From: Felis catus
Taxonomy: Eukaryota
Assembly (NCBI RefSeq): GCF_018350175.1
Contig: NC_058383.1
Location: 7,938,001 to 8,002,000, forward strand
DNA length: 64,000 nt
Direction of reading: 5' to 3'
The notes under the pieces: model-generated
The model's database searches: none
What the model was told of the DNA's origin: nothing
The model's input: only the letters and a program-made list of their open reading frames with translations
Translations under genes and position numbers: made by a program
Part shown: in pieces, positions 43,601-55,198 of the stretch
Numbering within the stretch: the stretch's first letter is position 1
Layout of the letters: every line of letters begins with the position of its first letter

Positions 43601-46600
43601 TATGCTGCCTACTTCTTCGTGGAGTACAAGAATCAGAAACCAAACTGCATCAACCGCTGCATGCCAGGCTTCAACAACTCCATGGACTGCCACTCTGGGA
43701 AGTGCCAGCTAGAGACGAATGGTCCTCGGTGTTAGTGAGTGTCCCACCACCCCACTCTAGCTTGGTTTTCCTCTTTCCCCCCTGGGGACCCCACCCTTCA
43801 AGGCTCTGCCTAAAGGCCAAGGTCATGTAGTGGGTCCTGGCCTCTCTTGAATGCAGCCAGCCACAAAGGACACGCATAGGCAGAGCCCCAAGGCCAGGTC
43901 TCAGTAATCTCAGTAGCACCCCTCCCCTCGGGTTTATGCAAGGATTGTGTCAAGCTCTGAAGAAGCAGAGGGGAAGCTCCAGCCTTGGGAAATCCCCAGT
44001 CAGTTGGGGAAGACAGGGTCTGGCTTCCAGGGGGAGACCAGCATACCCTGCTGATGAAATAAGGGGATGCACCCACATGAGGAAGGCGGAAAGCCCGTAA
44101 ACGCTGAGTCACAGGAGTATGCGAGCAAAGAAAGGCATTGCCTACTGAAACTAAAGCAAAAAGAGACCAGGGGGAAGGAGTCACAAATATGCAAAGGCCT
44201 GAGAATATGTCCTGGGAAGGTTTCTTGAAAGAAGATTTTGCAAGCTGGTGTGGGGAGGAGAGGAAAAAGTGTATCTCCAGGGAAGAGAGGGAGCTTCAGA
44301 GGCAGAGTGCATGCTGGGGATCCAGGAGGGGGAGTTGCTTTTCCTGATGGAAAGGGTGGCTGATAACATGACGGTTAGTGTGTGGATAAAAGGGTTGATG
44401 TTGGGGTCTCAAGTTCCTGGGTACAGCCCAGGGCAGTGCCAGAGTCAGGCCAACTGTTCTAGATCCTGGGCTGCAAAACCTGAAAGTATTGGACTGAGTA
44501 TCGGGCTTCTGTGGTGTGGGAAGCTGGACTTTGCTTCTGTCCACCCCCTCGGGGCTCCTTGTTCACCCGTGGGGTCGGCCAGCTCTGAGGCAGGGAGGCT
44601 GCAGGTGTTAGCTGGCCCTGACTCAGGATGCTCTCTCTCCCCACTTTCCCCCTCTGTCCATCTCAGCTGCCTGAACACAGACACTCACTGGTACAGTGGA
44701 GAAACCTGTGAGTTCAGCACCAAGAAGAACCTGGTGTTTGGGTTGGTGGGGGCAGCCTTCGCCGTGGTGCTAGTCGCCCTTGCTGTTCTCTTGCTGTTCA
44801 TGTTCCGTTCCAAGAAAGAGGTGAACAGGTGAGTCACTGCTGCCACCTTTTCCACTTGCCTCCAACTCTTCCTTTTTTAGTCCCTCTGCCTTCAATCGTT
44901 CATCCTCAGGGTGGACAGTGGGGGAGCTGAAAGCAGGAACATAGCCAATCCCCAAATCTGCATACTTGTCCTCTGCTCATAATGGAATCTCTCTGGGGCT
45001 ATTTCTATCAATAGGCAAAAGTATAAAGTGACTCAGTTGTACAAGTGGCATGAAGAAGATGGAGGACCGGAACCTGGGACCTTCCAAAACATTGGCTTTG
45101 ACATCTATGAAGGTATCGGAGATCCTCAGTGGACTCAAAATGTCTCCACGTGTGGACACACACATGAGAGGCACGTGGGAGGACTTAAAAGAGCAAAGGG
45201 AACAGTATTTCCATCTCTAAAACATTTGGTTACACATCTGTACCCCTATTTCCACCACTGGCTCCTGCAAGGCCCTGAATGAGGTGTAAGCATTTGCACA
45301 GCATAACTAGACCACTGGGGGAAGCACAGGTTACTGGATGATTATAGATTTCTCCAGAACCTAAAACTGCCTATATGGACACCAATAGACACCTAGGAGT
45401 AGGTGAGCTCACCGATAGGTGAGTTCTAGCTCAGCCACGTGAATAATTGTGGATTTTGTTAGGTTAAATGTACTTGTTCAAATTTTGAGAAATCAAGTCT
45501 TTAATTCTAGAGAAGGGAAAAATAGAGTGGGGAAAGCATTTTTGCCAAGCCACAAATAGATAAGAAAAGAGGAACAGATGATAAGGAAAGGGATGACAAA
45601 TAGGAACACAAAACAAGATGGCAGGAAATAATCTACCATATCAACAACAAAAAATATAAGTGGATTAAACACTCCAGCTAAAAGAGGGAATTTTTTTTTT
45701 TAAATCTAGCTATTTCCAGTGAATGAAAGGCAAAGAAAGGACAAAGGCAAAAGTATGGAAAAGGACAAAAAGGAGAAATACTAATACTATACTAATACTA
45801 ATACTATAGCTATATTTGCTGCAGGCAAATAAACTCTAAAACAAAAAGAATTATTAGGGATCAAAATGATCAATATCTACTAGGAAATAGTCTTACTCTG
45901 TTAAGAAGATATAACAAGTCCAACTCATGTGCCCTATAAAGGGCAAAAATTGACAAAACTATAAGGAAAAGTTGATGAATCTAACAACATAATGGGAGGG
46001 TTTTTATTTTATTTTTTTAATGTTTATTTATTTTTGAGAGAAAGAGGGAGAAAGAGGATGAATGGGGGAGGGGCAGAGAGAGAGATAGAGGAGACACAGA
46101 ATCTGAAGCAGGCTCCAGGCTCTGAGCTGTCAGCACAGAGCCCAGTGAGAGGTTCAAACTCTCGAACCATGACAGCACGACCTGCCAAAGTCGGAAGCTT
46201 AACCAACTGAGCCACCCAGCTGCCCCACATGATGGAGGATTTTTAAAACATCTCTTTTAGTACTTAATTAATCAAACAGATGAAAAATCTTCACGGATAT
46301 AGGACTTTCATACAAAATAATGAATAGCCTTAACATAATTACCATAGATTGAATTCAATGACTGGAACGTATGTATTCATTACAAGAACATACAGAAAAT
46401 TTGTAAGACTCACCGCACACAAAGCCATAAAAAGTCTCAAGAAATTTCAAAAAAAGCTATTTAATCAGACTATATTGGTTCGAGCCCCGCATCAGGCTCT
46501 GGGCTGATGGCTCAGAGCCTGGAGCCTGTTTCCAATTCTGTGTCTCCCTCTCTCTCTGCCCCTCCCTGTTCATGCTCTGTCTCTCTCTGTCCCAAAAATA

Positions 46601-47386
46601 AATAAACGTTGAAAAAAAAATTTAAATCAGACTATATTATCCAACCAGAATGCATATAATTAGAAATTAATAACAAAAAATATTTCTGGAAAACAAAACT
46701 AAAAATCCTGTACCTTTGGAAATTAAATTATTTTTTCATTTTATTTATTTTAGCAAGAGAGAGAGCACAATCAGGGCAAAGGGACAGTGGGAAGAAAGAG
46801 AGAGAAAGAGGAGAGGGGGGTGAGAGACAGAATCTTTAAAAAAATTTTTTTTAACATTTATTCAGTTTTTGAGAGACAGAAAGAGAGCATGAATGGGGAA
46901 GGGGCAGAGAGAGAGGGAGACACAGAATCAGAAGCAGGCTCCAGGCTCTGAGCTGTCAGCACAGAGCCCGATGTGGGGCTTGAACTCATGAACCATGAGA
47001 TCATGACCTGAGCTGAAGTCGGATGCTTAACCAACTGAGCCACCCAAGTGCCCCAAGATAGAGAGAGAATCTTCAGCAGGCTCCACAATCAGTGCAGAGC
47101 CTGACACAGGGCTCGATCTTATGACCTTAGGATTATGACCCGAGCCAAAATAAAGAGTCTGGATGTTCAACCAACTGACCCTCTGCTCATCATAAAACAA
47201 TTTCCATTTCCTGGTAAAGGTATCCAGGCAAACACACAGAAATCATTTTCAATGATAAAACATTAGAAGTCATTCCATTTGAGGAACCTGGCTGGCTCAG
47301 TGGGTGTAACATGTGACTCTTGATTCCAGGGTAGTAAGTTCGAGCCCCACGTTGGGTGTAGAGATTACTTAAAAAAGTAAAATCTT

Positions 47387-47435
<49 letters not shown>

Positions 47436-48931
47436 ATATCATTCCATTTAACCAGGGGTTCGTAAACTTTTTCTACAAAGGGCCAGATAGCATATTTTGG
47501 GCTTTGTGGACAATATGATCTCCATTACAACTATTCAAACATGCTGATATAGCATGAAAACAGCCATAGACAATATATAAATGAATGATAAGTGTGATTG
47601 TACCCAATAAAACTTTTTGACCCTTCAAAACTGTAAAAAAAAAAAAATAGTTCTTAGTTTGTGAGTCATATAAAAATAGGTGTCAGACTCACAGGCCATA
47701 GTTTGCCAACATCTGCATTGAACCAGAAGCAAGTCACAGATGCCCTCTATTACCAGTTCTATTAATTATTGTCCTGAGTGTCCTAATCAGTATAATAAAA
47801 AAGAAAAAGAGATAAAAGTTTAAAGATTGGAAAGAAAAATGTCTGTCATTTGCTGACATATTTCTATGTCGTCTAACATAAAAATCCAAGAGAGTGTTAT
47901 CTCACTAGAAGTAATAGAATTTATCAATTTGCAAGACATAAGATCAATTGCATGTCTATGCATCAGCAACAGATCATATAATTTAAAAAATACTCCTTAT
48001 ACAGCAACAAATATATATAATACCTAGGAATATATCCAACAAAAGATATTGAAGACTTTCCAGTGGAAACTGATAAAACTTTATTTAAAAACATTGTAGA
48101 AATCCTAAACAAAGGATGTCCATGAATTGGGGTATCAATATTCTAAAGCTATCAAATGGCGCCCCCAATCCAAGGCCAAAACTTAATGGGCTTTTCACAA
48201 ACTTAAGAAGCTGCTTGCCAAGTGCTTGTGGTTTTTCTTTGTTGAATTTTTAATGTGATTTTCCACATCTTCTGAGAACCAATCAACCCATTTGCTGAGG
48301 TCTGGTAATTTAGGTAGGCTGTCATGTTTGCAATGGTTTTTGGTTTCCTGGGAAGAGGGGATACACCTCTCATCCTGCAGTGGGTGGGATTAGAGGTAAA
48401 GACAGGAGCTTGTCTTCCTAACTATCTACTTCTGTGGGGCTTTCCTCCTGTCCAGATCAAGAGGACTCCATCCACTTGGACACCATTTATAATAACTTCC
48501 AACCCTCCTTGGACCACATAGACTCTGAAACAAAGGTAAGAAAGGCATGGGTGAAGTGCTAACCTCCCCTACCCTGAGTCCCTCGATCCTCTCCTACCAT
48601 GGGGAGATCTTTAGGAAAGCAAAGTCATGTTTATGACTTGTTAGCCCAGGTGACCATCTAGGTCTACATTGCTGGGAAATAAACATAACTCAGAGTGCCA
48701 ACAGGTGGGAGAAGGAGCTAAGCAGCAGGGTGGAATCTAGCTTCTCTAGATCCCTGAGGCTCCAGGCTCAGAGATTTCTTTTCACTTTAAGTATGTCCTT
48801 GATGGCCAGCTTATTTAGTTTATTTAGTTGTTTTAATTTTGAAACCCACCTAAAAGTAAAAATAGTAATGCACTAAATACCTCACCTAGACCAACAATGT
48901 TTGACATGTGGCCACATTTTCATTGCATGGC

Positions 48932-48979
<48 letters not shown>

Positions 48980-50135
48980 ACATACATTATCACCAAGTTT
49001 TGCTGAACCATTTGAAAGTCAGTTGCAAACATGAAGACATTTGATCCCTAAAAACTTCAGTACACACCCCCAAATACCATTAGCATTCCCAGTAAGTTGA
49101 TGATAATTTCACATATAATCCAATATCCATTTTCCCAATGAACCCAAGAACATCTCATATTACTAGTTTTTTGAATGTGAAAAAATTTCACCCCCTGACT
49201 TTTTTTGAGTCTCCTTGGTCTCTTAAAACCAGAATTGGGGCGCCTGGGTGGCTCAATCAGTTGAGCTTCTGACTTTGGCTCAGGTCATGATCTCACGGTC
49301 CGTGAGTTCGAGCCCCGTATCGGGCTCTGTGCTGACAGCTCAGAGCCTGGAGCCTGCTTCAGATTCTGTGTCTCCCTCTCTCTCTGACTCTCCCCCATTC
49401 ATGCTCTGTCTCTCTCTGTCTCAAAAATAAACACTAAAAAAAAAAAAACAGAATTGATTCCTACCTTTAAAATATATTGACTTTTTTTTTTAACAGTCTA
49501 GGATGATTGTCTTAAGGAATGTCCCACATTTTGGATGTATCTAATTATTTCCTTGTGGTGCCATTTAACTTGCCCCTCAATCCTCTCTATTTCCTATAAA
49601 CTGACACTTAAGCCTAGAGGCTTGATTAGACCCAGCTTAGACATTTTTGTTAAGCAGATATCATGGATAATGCTACTGCATCACCTCATGAGGTACCTAA
49701 TGTCAGGATGTCCTACTATGACTGAGGCCAAGATTGGTCACTTGGCAAGGGGTGACCACTCATTGATTGCCATCTTAATTTTATTTCAACTGGATGGATG
49801 TTCAAGGGCAGACAAAATGCCCTCTAAGTATTCATACTTCAGAAGAAATGTGATTAGCTTCAGGCACTGTACTCCTTAAAGAAAGCCTTGGGGCGAAGAT
49901 AAACTTCCTAGCCAGGATACCTTTAAAACTACATAAGTCGGGGGTGAGTGGGGGAGACAATTGGTTTGTACTAGAATCTAGGTTATAGGGTAAGTTCTAA
50001 GCTGAGCACTTCCCCAATTCCAAGACTCTTATGTTTCCAAATCTCAGGTTCCTTATAAACCTAGCCTTCACCCAGTTCTATCTCTCTTTCCAGATCAAAA
50101 TTCAGAGGCCCCATGTGATGATGACATCGATTTAA
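14087..50135 (+). CDS. MUC17: Mucin-17 ortholog, complete spliced CDS (14817 nt, 4938 aa): join(14087..14168,22367..22468,22884..36371,38655..38843,39337..39467,39843..39901,42857..43008,43414..43482,43572..43734,44667..44828,45015..45112,48456..48535,50094..50135)
   Basis: Signal peptide; exon 2 [13 protein letters not shown] (human MUC17 has [13 protein letters not shown]); giant PTS exon; EGF-SEA-EGF-TM; tail [30 protein letters not shown]...[37 protein letters not shown]. All introns are GT-AG, phases are consistent and the total length is divisible by 3. Confidence 0.93.
16450..17722. mobile_element. MLT1 (ERVL-MaLR) LTR split by nested SINE (16740-16947), L1 (16950-17500) and SINE (17165-17360)
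   Basis: ctcacaattctggaggtcagaagtccaagat and ttataaggacaccagtcat...ttcaacccatgaca are MLT1 motifs; internal L1 and SINEC motifs lie between them. Confidence 0.7.
18935..19362 (-). mobile_element. Two tandem CanSINEs
   Basis: Two copies of the gagatcatgacctga...gagccaccaggtgcccc architecture. Confidence 0.85.
19517..19970. mobile_element. + strand SINEC (19517-19735) with a young - strand SINEC_Fc-type copy (19740-19949) nested in its A-tail
   Basis: Outer TSD aaggacacactgg (19502/19974); inner TSD aaaaaaattttttt(t)aat. Confidence 0.85.
21325..21535 (-). mobile_element. CanSINE
   Basis: SINEC motifs; ctcaatta repeats flank it. Confidence 0.85.
22367..22468 (+). CDS. MUC17: MUC17 exon 2
   Basis: ctttttcag|AC acceptor; [34 protein letters not shown]; donor G|GTGAGG. 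Confidence 0.9.
22884..36371 (+). CDS. MUC17: MUC17 exon 3, 13488-nt PTS tandem-repeat exon
   Basis: ttttacag|GA acceptor in frame with ORF 22925..36400; donor CCAG|GTAAGC at 36371/36372. Confidence 0.93.
23080..36010 (+). repeat. Coding VNTR of 57-nt (19-aa) monomers arranged in 228- and 285-nt higher-order units
   Basis: Monomers [19 protein letters not shown] / [19 protein letters not shown] / [19 protein letters not shown] / [19 protein letters not shown] / [19 protein letters not shown]. Offsets of 228 and 2622 nt are visible in the ORF track. Confidence 0.95.
38655..38843 (+). CDS. MUC17: MUC17 exon 4, two tandem 4-Cys EGF-like modules
   Basis: [63 protein letters not shown]. Confidence 0.92.
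39337..39467 (+). CDS. MUC17: MUC17 exon 5 (SEA a)
   Basis: [48 protein letters not shown] boundaries. Confidence 0.9.
39843..39901 (+). CDS. MUC17: MUC17 exon 6 (SEA b)
   Basis: [19 protein letters not shown]; donor TC|GTGAGT. Confidence 0.9.
39987..40932. mobile_element. MLT1 LTR interrupted by three - strand CanSINEs (about 40210-40810)
   Basis: tgtattagtttgctagggctgtcataacaaaat at one end and acacaattcagcccataaca at the other are MLT1 termini; SINE motifs lie inside. Confidence 0.75.
42857..43008 (+). CDS. MUC17: MUC17 exon 7 (SEA c, G|SVVV cleavage motif)
   Basis: [51 protein letters not shown]. Confidence 0.92.
43414..43482 (+). CDS. MUC17: MUC17 exon 8
   Basis: [27 protein letters not shown] boundaries. 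Confidence 0.9.
43572..43734 (+). CDS. MUC17: MUC17 exon 9 (EGF-like domain 2)
   Basis: [54 protein letters not shown]; donor TA|GTGAGT. Confidence 0.92.
44667..44828 (+). CDS. MUC17: MUC17 exon 10 (transmembrane)
   Basis: [22 protein letters not shown], hydrophobic [25 protein letters not shown], then RSKKEVNR. Confidence 0.92.
45015..45112 (+). CDS. MUC17: MUC17 exon 11 (cytoplasmic)
   Basis: [32 protein letters not shown]. Confidence 0.92.
46010..47440. mobile_element. Cluster of CanSINEs (46010-46227 -, 5'-truncated 46478-46620 +, nested pair 46735-47180 -, 47281-47437 +) within old L1-like sequence
   Basis: SINEC motifs; TSDs aatcagactatatt and tcattccattt. Confidence 0.8.
47453..47715. 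mobile_element. MER58-like hAT DNA transposon
   Basis: caggggtt...aaagggccagatag at the start and ggccatagtttgccaacatctg at the end. Confidence 0.65.
48456..48535 (+). CDS. MUC17: MUC17 exon 12 (cytoplasmic)
   Basis: [27 protein letters not shown]; donor AAG|GTAAGA. Confidence 0.92.
48934..48976 (+). repeat. (TG)n microsatellite
   Basis: Direct reading. Confidence 0.95.
49237..49450 (+). mobile_element. CanSINE with TSD aaaac(c)agaatt
   Basis: ggggcgcctgggtggctca start, A-tail, flanking repeats. Confidence 0.88.
50094..50135 (+). CDS. MUC17: MUC17 exon 13, [13 protein letters not shown] (class I PDZ-type end, T-S-I)
   Basis: tttccag|ATC acceptor; TAA at 50133-50135. Confidence 0.92.
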   Translation: MKIQRPHVMMTSI

Positions 50136-51104
50136 GGCAAAGGCAGTTTCACGTGGAGCTGGGAGTGAGGAAATCTCACTTTGGCTAAGCCTGGTGGAAC
50201 ATTTCCCCATTGAGAGCATTCCACGGAACCTGATGAAAACAAAACCCGCACCAAGGAGGAACAGGAGAGAGACCACAGTGCTGGCAAACTCTCAAAACAC
50301 CATGGAGAAACTCCTGTGGGCTTGTCATGATCTCAGGCGAGGCCCTCCTGTTCACACAGGGAAGTTCTTCCTCCCTCCTGCCTTGCTTCAGCACCAAGGA
50401 CAGCACCCAAAACCAACAGCTTGTAGTGGTGCTCACTTAAACACGGAACTGAACTTTACGTTATACAAAACGCTCTTGCAACATTTATTGCCCCTCATCT
50501 TCATGAAAAACATGCTTTAAAACATTGAGAATTTTCTTTGAATATGTAGGATTATTAGTATTTCTAAAGTTCTGATATTTATCTATAGGTTCTGATTTTT
50601 TGTTAGTATAATAATATATATTTCTAATAACTAAAAATAACAAATGAAGCAAATTTGTTACATTTTTCATGGTTCCAAGTTCTTTACCCAGCTGATACCC
50701 CATACTAGTTCCTGTTTCTCACCTGCCAGGCTCTCTCTCCTCCCTTCCTCCAGGATGTGGGGTCTGATGAGTTTGGCCTTAAGCCGAAAAGAAGAAAATC
50801 TGCAGCCAGGAAGGGTGCCATTCTTGACCTTCCCCAGCATCGTTTGCTGGCCACTGAGGATGCCATGAGGCAGGACTCACACACATTCACATGATGCAGG
50901 GACTTCCATCTGGGAGAGAACTGAGTTCCCCTTCTGGAGACAGCTTTATGTTTCTTTCCAAAGATCTGCAGAGATAGTCTTGGGTTTTTTTGTTTGTTTG
51001 TTTTTGTTTTTTTCCTGATTTCTATTCAGCTCCCTGTGTTAAATTTGGGAAAAGTCATATTTGACAATTTGGAGTCAGTCTTGCCTTCTGGTGAGGACTA
51101 GGTT

Positions 51105-51169
51105 GTTTCTTTCTTTTCTTTTTTAAATATATATTTATTTATTTTGAGGGAGAGTGTGAGCAGGGGGGA

Positions 51170-51202
<33 letters not shown>

Positions 51203-51870
51203 CCCAAGCAGACTCTGTGCTGTCAGTGCAGAGCCCAACACAGCTTGATCTTACAACCTTGAGATCATGACCTGAGCTGAAATCAGGGGTCTGATGCCCA
51301 ACTGACGGAGCCACTCAGGTGCCCCAAATAGGTTATTTCTTTTTTTTTTTTAATTTGTAATGTTTATTTATTTTTTGAGAGACAGAGAGAGAGACAGAGT
51401 GTGAGCCAGGGAGGGGCAGAGAGGGAGACAGAATCCAAAGTAGGCTCCAGGCTCCAAGCTGGAGAGCTCCAAGCGCTCCAGCAAAGAGTCTGACGCAGGG
51501 CTCGAACTCACAAATGGTAGTATCATGGCCTGAACCAAAGTCAGAGGCTTAACCAACTGAGCCACCCAGGCACCCCTTAAAAAGTTTTTTTAATGTTTAT
51601 TTTTGAGCCAACTAGGTTGTTTCTAAAGTCCCCCTTATTGCTGTCATTCAAAAACATTTTTTTAATGTTTTTATTTATTTTTGAGACAGAAAGAAGACAG
51701 AGCATGAACAGGGGATGGGCAGAGAGAGAGGGAGACACAGAATCTGAAGTAGGCTCCAGGCTCTGAGCTGTCAGCACACAGCCCCACGCGGGGCTTGAAC
51801 TCACAGACTGTGAGATCGTGACCTGAGCCGAAGTCGGACGTTCAAACGACTGAGCCACCCAGATGCCTCT
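51105..51870 (-). mobile_element. Three CanSINEs
   Basis: SINEC motifs at about 51110-51325, 51340-51577 and 51655-51868. Confidence 0.85.
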
Positions 51871-52124
51871 ATTGCTGTCATTTTAAACATTTTTAAGATG
51901 CTTTATTACTATTCCTGCCATGCAGCTCAGGATTCATTTTGTTCTGGAAGATGTCTCCTCCCACAGGCTACCCTATTTAAACCTTAACCTAAAACAGAGC
52001 CTAGGCTCTCTGCTGCCCCCTCATGATCACTTGGAGCATCTCCAGGCACTGGTCAGGTCACCGCCATCCCCTCCTGGCTTCCGTCATGGGAAAGCCATCA
52101 AAATCCCCAGCTCTTAAAACTGAA

Positions 52125-52490
52125 CTTAGCCCATTCAGGCTGCTGTAACAGAATATCATAGGCTAGGTGGCTTATAAACAACACACACTTATTTCTTACA
52201 GTTGTGGAGGCCAGGAAGACCAATACAAGATGCTGACAGATTTGGTGTTTGATAAGGGCTCACTTTCTGATTCACAGACAGCCATCTCTTTGTGTCCTCA
52301 CATGGCAGAAAGGGTGAGGGAGCTCTCTGGGTTCTCTTTTATAAGGGCACTAATCCCATTCAGGAGGGCTCCACCCTCATGACCTACTCGCCTCCTAAGA
52401 GGCCCTACCCACTAACACCATCACATTGGAGATTAAGTTTCAACATATGAACTTGGGGGTGGGGGAGACAAACATTGAGTTTATAGCCCA
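52125..52490. mobile_element. MLT1 LTR
   Basis: ggctgctgtaacagaatatcataggctaggtggcttataaacaac and tttcaacatatgaac motifs. Confidence 0.7.
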
Positions 52491-53964
52491 CACTGAATCC
52501 AAATGTCTGCCTTTTCAAAGCTGGCTCCTACTTCACACAGGCCCAGACATCAGTGGTCATGGGAGGGGCCATTTAAAAGAACTGCAGACCCCACGTCCAG
52601 TTCAGAACTACATCATCCACCTCAACTTCTTCCTGCTCTCTCTTCATATCTGTTCAGTGGAAAGGCAGGATTCACTAACTAGACATATAGTTGGTTTGGG
52701 TCCAAAACTTGGCCATCCATTTACTACCTGGATGAACTTGGGGAAGTAAATTCTCTGTGGACTTCAGTTCTCTTATATTAAAATACTGACTGACCACTCC
52801 CTTTGTGCCAATCACCATTGTATATTTTAATTCATTTATTCCTTACAAGCCTGTGAAGTGGGAACCATCACCATCCTCATCATATAGATGAAGGAGTCAA
52901 GGCAAAGACACATTCAGTCACTTGCCCAAGATCATGCAGCCAGTGGATGTGAAGCTGGAGTTACAAACCAGGGAGTCTGGCAGTCAAGCCTTTGTTCTTG
53001 ACCAGCAGTTATGTACCCTCCCTGTGGGGCCACTGTTGGGATTAACTGGGTTAGTTCATGTAAAGTGCTTGGAACAAAGCCTGGCACACGGAAATTTCTC
53101 AGAAGGAAGGAAAAAAGGAAGGGAGGGAGGAAAGAAGGAAACATTAGTTATTAGTGCATCAGCTTCTTCCCTCACAATTCTCTCCCTGGTATCCCTTCTC
53201 TCTTAAGGCCCTTTTTCCTCTCCTCCTCCAACCATAGAAGAGCCATGGGCGGACTGGGGGCAAGATGAAAGGAAAGCCCTGTTATTTTGCAGAAACATGG
53301 AAATCCAAAGATGCAGAGATGTGCAAAAGAAGATTGGAAGCAGAAACACAAAGCATGAATAGGAGGGTCTGGTGGGGGCTCAAAGAAAGGCAAAGAGGAA
53401 TTTGGGAACCACCCCTCCAGTCTCACCTTTGGCCACCTGCATCATCCCCACAGTTAGGTGGTTCCACGTACTACCCTTGGGTGCTGCTCTTGCCCTGACC
53501 TATGGGACCTTATGGGCATCACCTCTGGCCCCGCCCATTGCCTTGTCAGCCTCATGGCTTCTCTCCTTGTAGCCTGCCCTCCTGCCAATCACTGCTTCCC
53601 ATGCAGCCACTGGCTCCTTTCCAATAGTGCTGTTCACCTGTTCAAAAACACTGATGCCCCTATCCTCTTATTAAAGCAAGATCCATGCTCCTTAGTGTCT
53701 TCAAGGTTCCTAGACTTGGGGCCTGCCTTCCCTCTTAGCTCCATCTCTCCCTTACCTCTCCACCTCAGGCTCTAAGAGCTCTATGACCCCATTGCATAGA
53801 CTGCTGCAATACCACCCTCTGCCTTTGGCTGCTTCTTCAGCCTGCAATGCCCTTTCCACATCTTCCTCTTTAGAACCTGACTCATCCCGCAACCCCAATT
53901 TCATCTCCTCCAGGAAGCCCTCCGTGATAGAACCCTTTACAGTCTCTCTCATCTATGTTTCCAT

Positions 53965-54360
53965 GTCTTAGTCAGCTTAGGCTGCCATAACAAAATACCA
54001 ACACTGGGTGGCTTAAACAACAGACGTTTACTTTCTCACAGTTCTAGAGACTGGAAGTCCAAGGCCAGGGTGCCAGCAAGATCACATTCCTGCGAGGGCT
54101 CTCTTCTTGGCTTGTAGACCAGCCTATTTCTTGCTATGTGCTCACAACTGCTTTTGTATGCACACACACACAGGGCACAGGGAAGAGGGGGGGCGGGTCA
54201 CAAAAAAGCTCTCTGTTGTCTCTTCTTATAAGGGCACACATCTCATCAGATCAGGGCCCCATCATTATGACTCCTGCCTCCAAATGCCATCACACTGGGG
54301 GGGGGGGGGTAGGTCTTCAACATATGAATTTTAAGGGGACACAGACACAGTCCATAGCAC
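53965..54360. mobile_element. MLT1 LTR
   Basis: tgtcttagtcagcttaggctgccataacaaaatacc at one end and cagtccatagca at the other. Confidence 0.7.
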
Positions 54361-54644
54361 TCCTTAACACTGTGGTGTATACTTCTTATGCCACATTACA
54401 ATTTTTCCTACATATCTGTCCCCACAATTTGAGGATGTGGCTTTGTTCCCCCCCCCCCCCATACTCCCACAGTGCCTAACACAGTGCCTTGTGCATCAAA
54501 GATGCTATTAATGTTTGTTTAATTTAATTGAATCAAGACTCATTTTCACAAAGCCATCCTTCTCTGGTCTCTTTGTAGGCTTGTGTCAACATGACATAAT
54601 TGAATTCTTACTTGTTCTCTGATTGCTTCACGTATGCTTATGTC

Positions 54645-54667
54645 TGTTAAAGAAAGAAAGAAAGAAA

Positions 54668-54728
<61 letters not shown>

Positions 54729-55090
54729 AACCACAGGCCCCAAATGGAGTCACTCATGCTAACCCCATGTCAGCAAATAACACTTAACCTCCTTGTAGTG
54801 TTAGCCTCTCCCAAAACTGTGACCTTTAACCAGCCATTCTGGAATTACCTGGTCAGCACTAGTGACATGATCTACTGGATAGACCCCTGCTCTTCCCTCA
54901 AGTGGGACCTTATCTGAAACAATCCACTCATTGTTAGAAACTTCCTTTTTCTGCCCCTTTCTACCTATAAAAGCTTCCATTTTATAGGAGCACCTTTCTA
55001 TTTGCTAGATGGAATGCCACCCCATTTATGAATCATTGAATAAAATCAATTGGATCTTCAAATTTACTCAATTGATTTTTTTTTTTTAAA
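54645..55090 (+). mobile_element. ERV1-type LTR (probably solo) containing a (GAAA)n expansion
   Basis: Colinear with the LTR at 56212-56613 (caaatggagtcact, tgttagaaacttcctttt); TATAAAA near 54966 and AATAAA at 55039. Confidence 0.75.
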
Positions 55091-55116
55091 TTTCTGGTCC
55101 TATGGAAAGTACTGTC

Positions 55117-55198
55117 ATCTTCTTCTTCTTCTTCTTCTTCTTCTTCTTCTTCTTCTTCTTCTTCTTCTTCTTCTTCTTCTTCCTTCTCCTTCTTCTTT
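55117..55198 (+). repeat. (TTC)n microsatellite adjoining a short - strand SINE
   Basis: Direct reading. Confidence 0.9.

Noticed and set aside
50136..50900. MUC17 poly(A) signal
   Set aside because: I found only non-canonical variants (AATAAT, AATAAC near 50610-50641), so the 3' end cannot be assigned.
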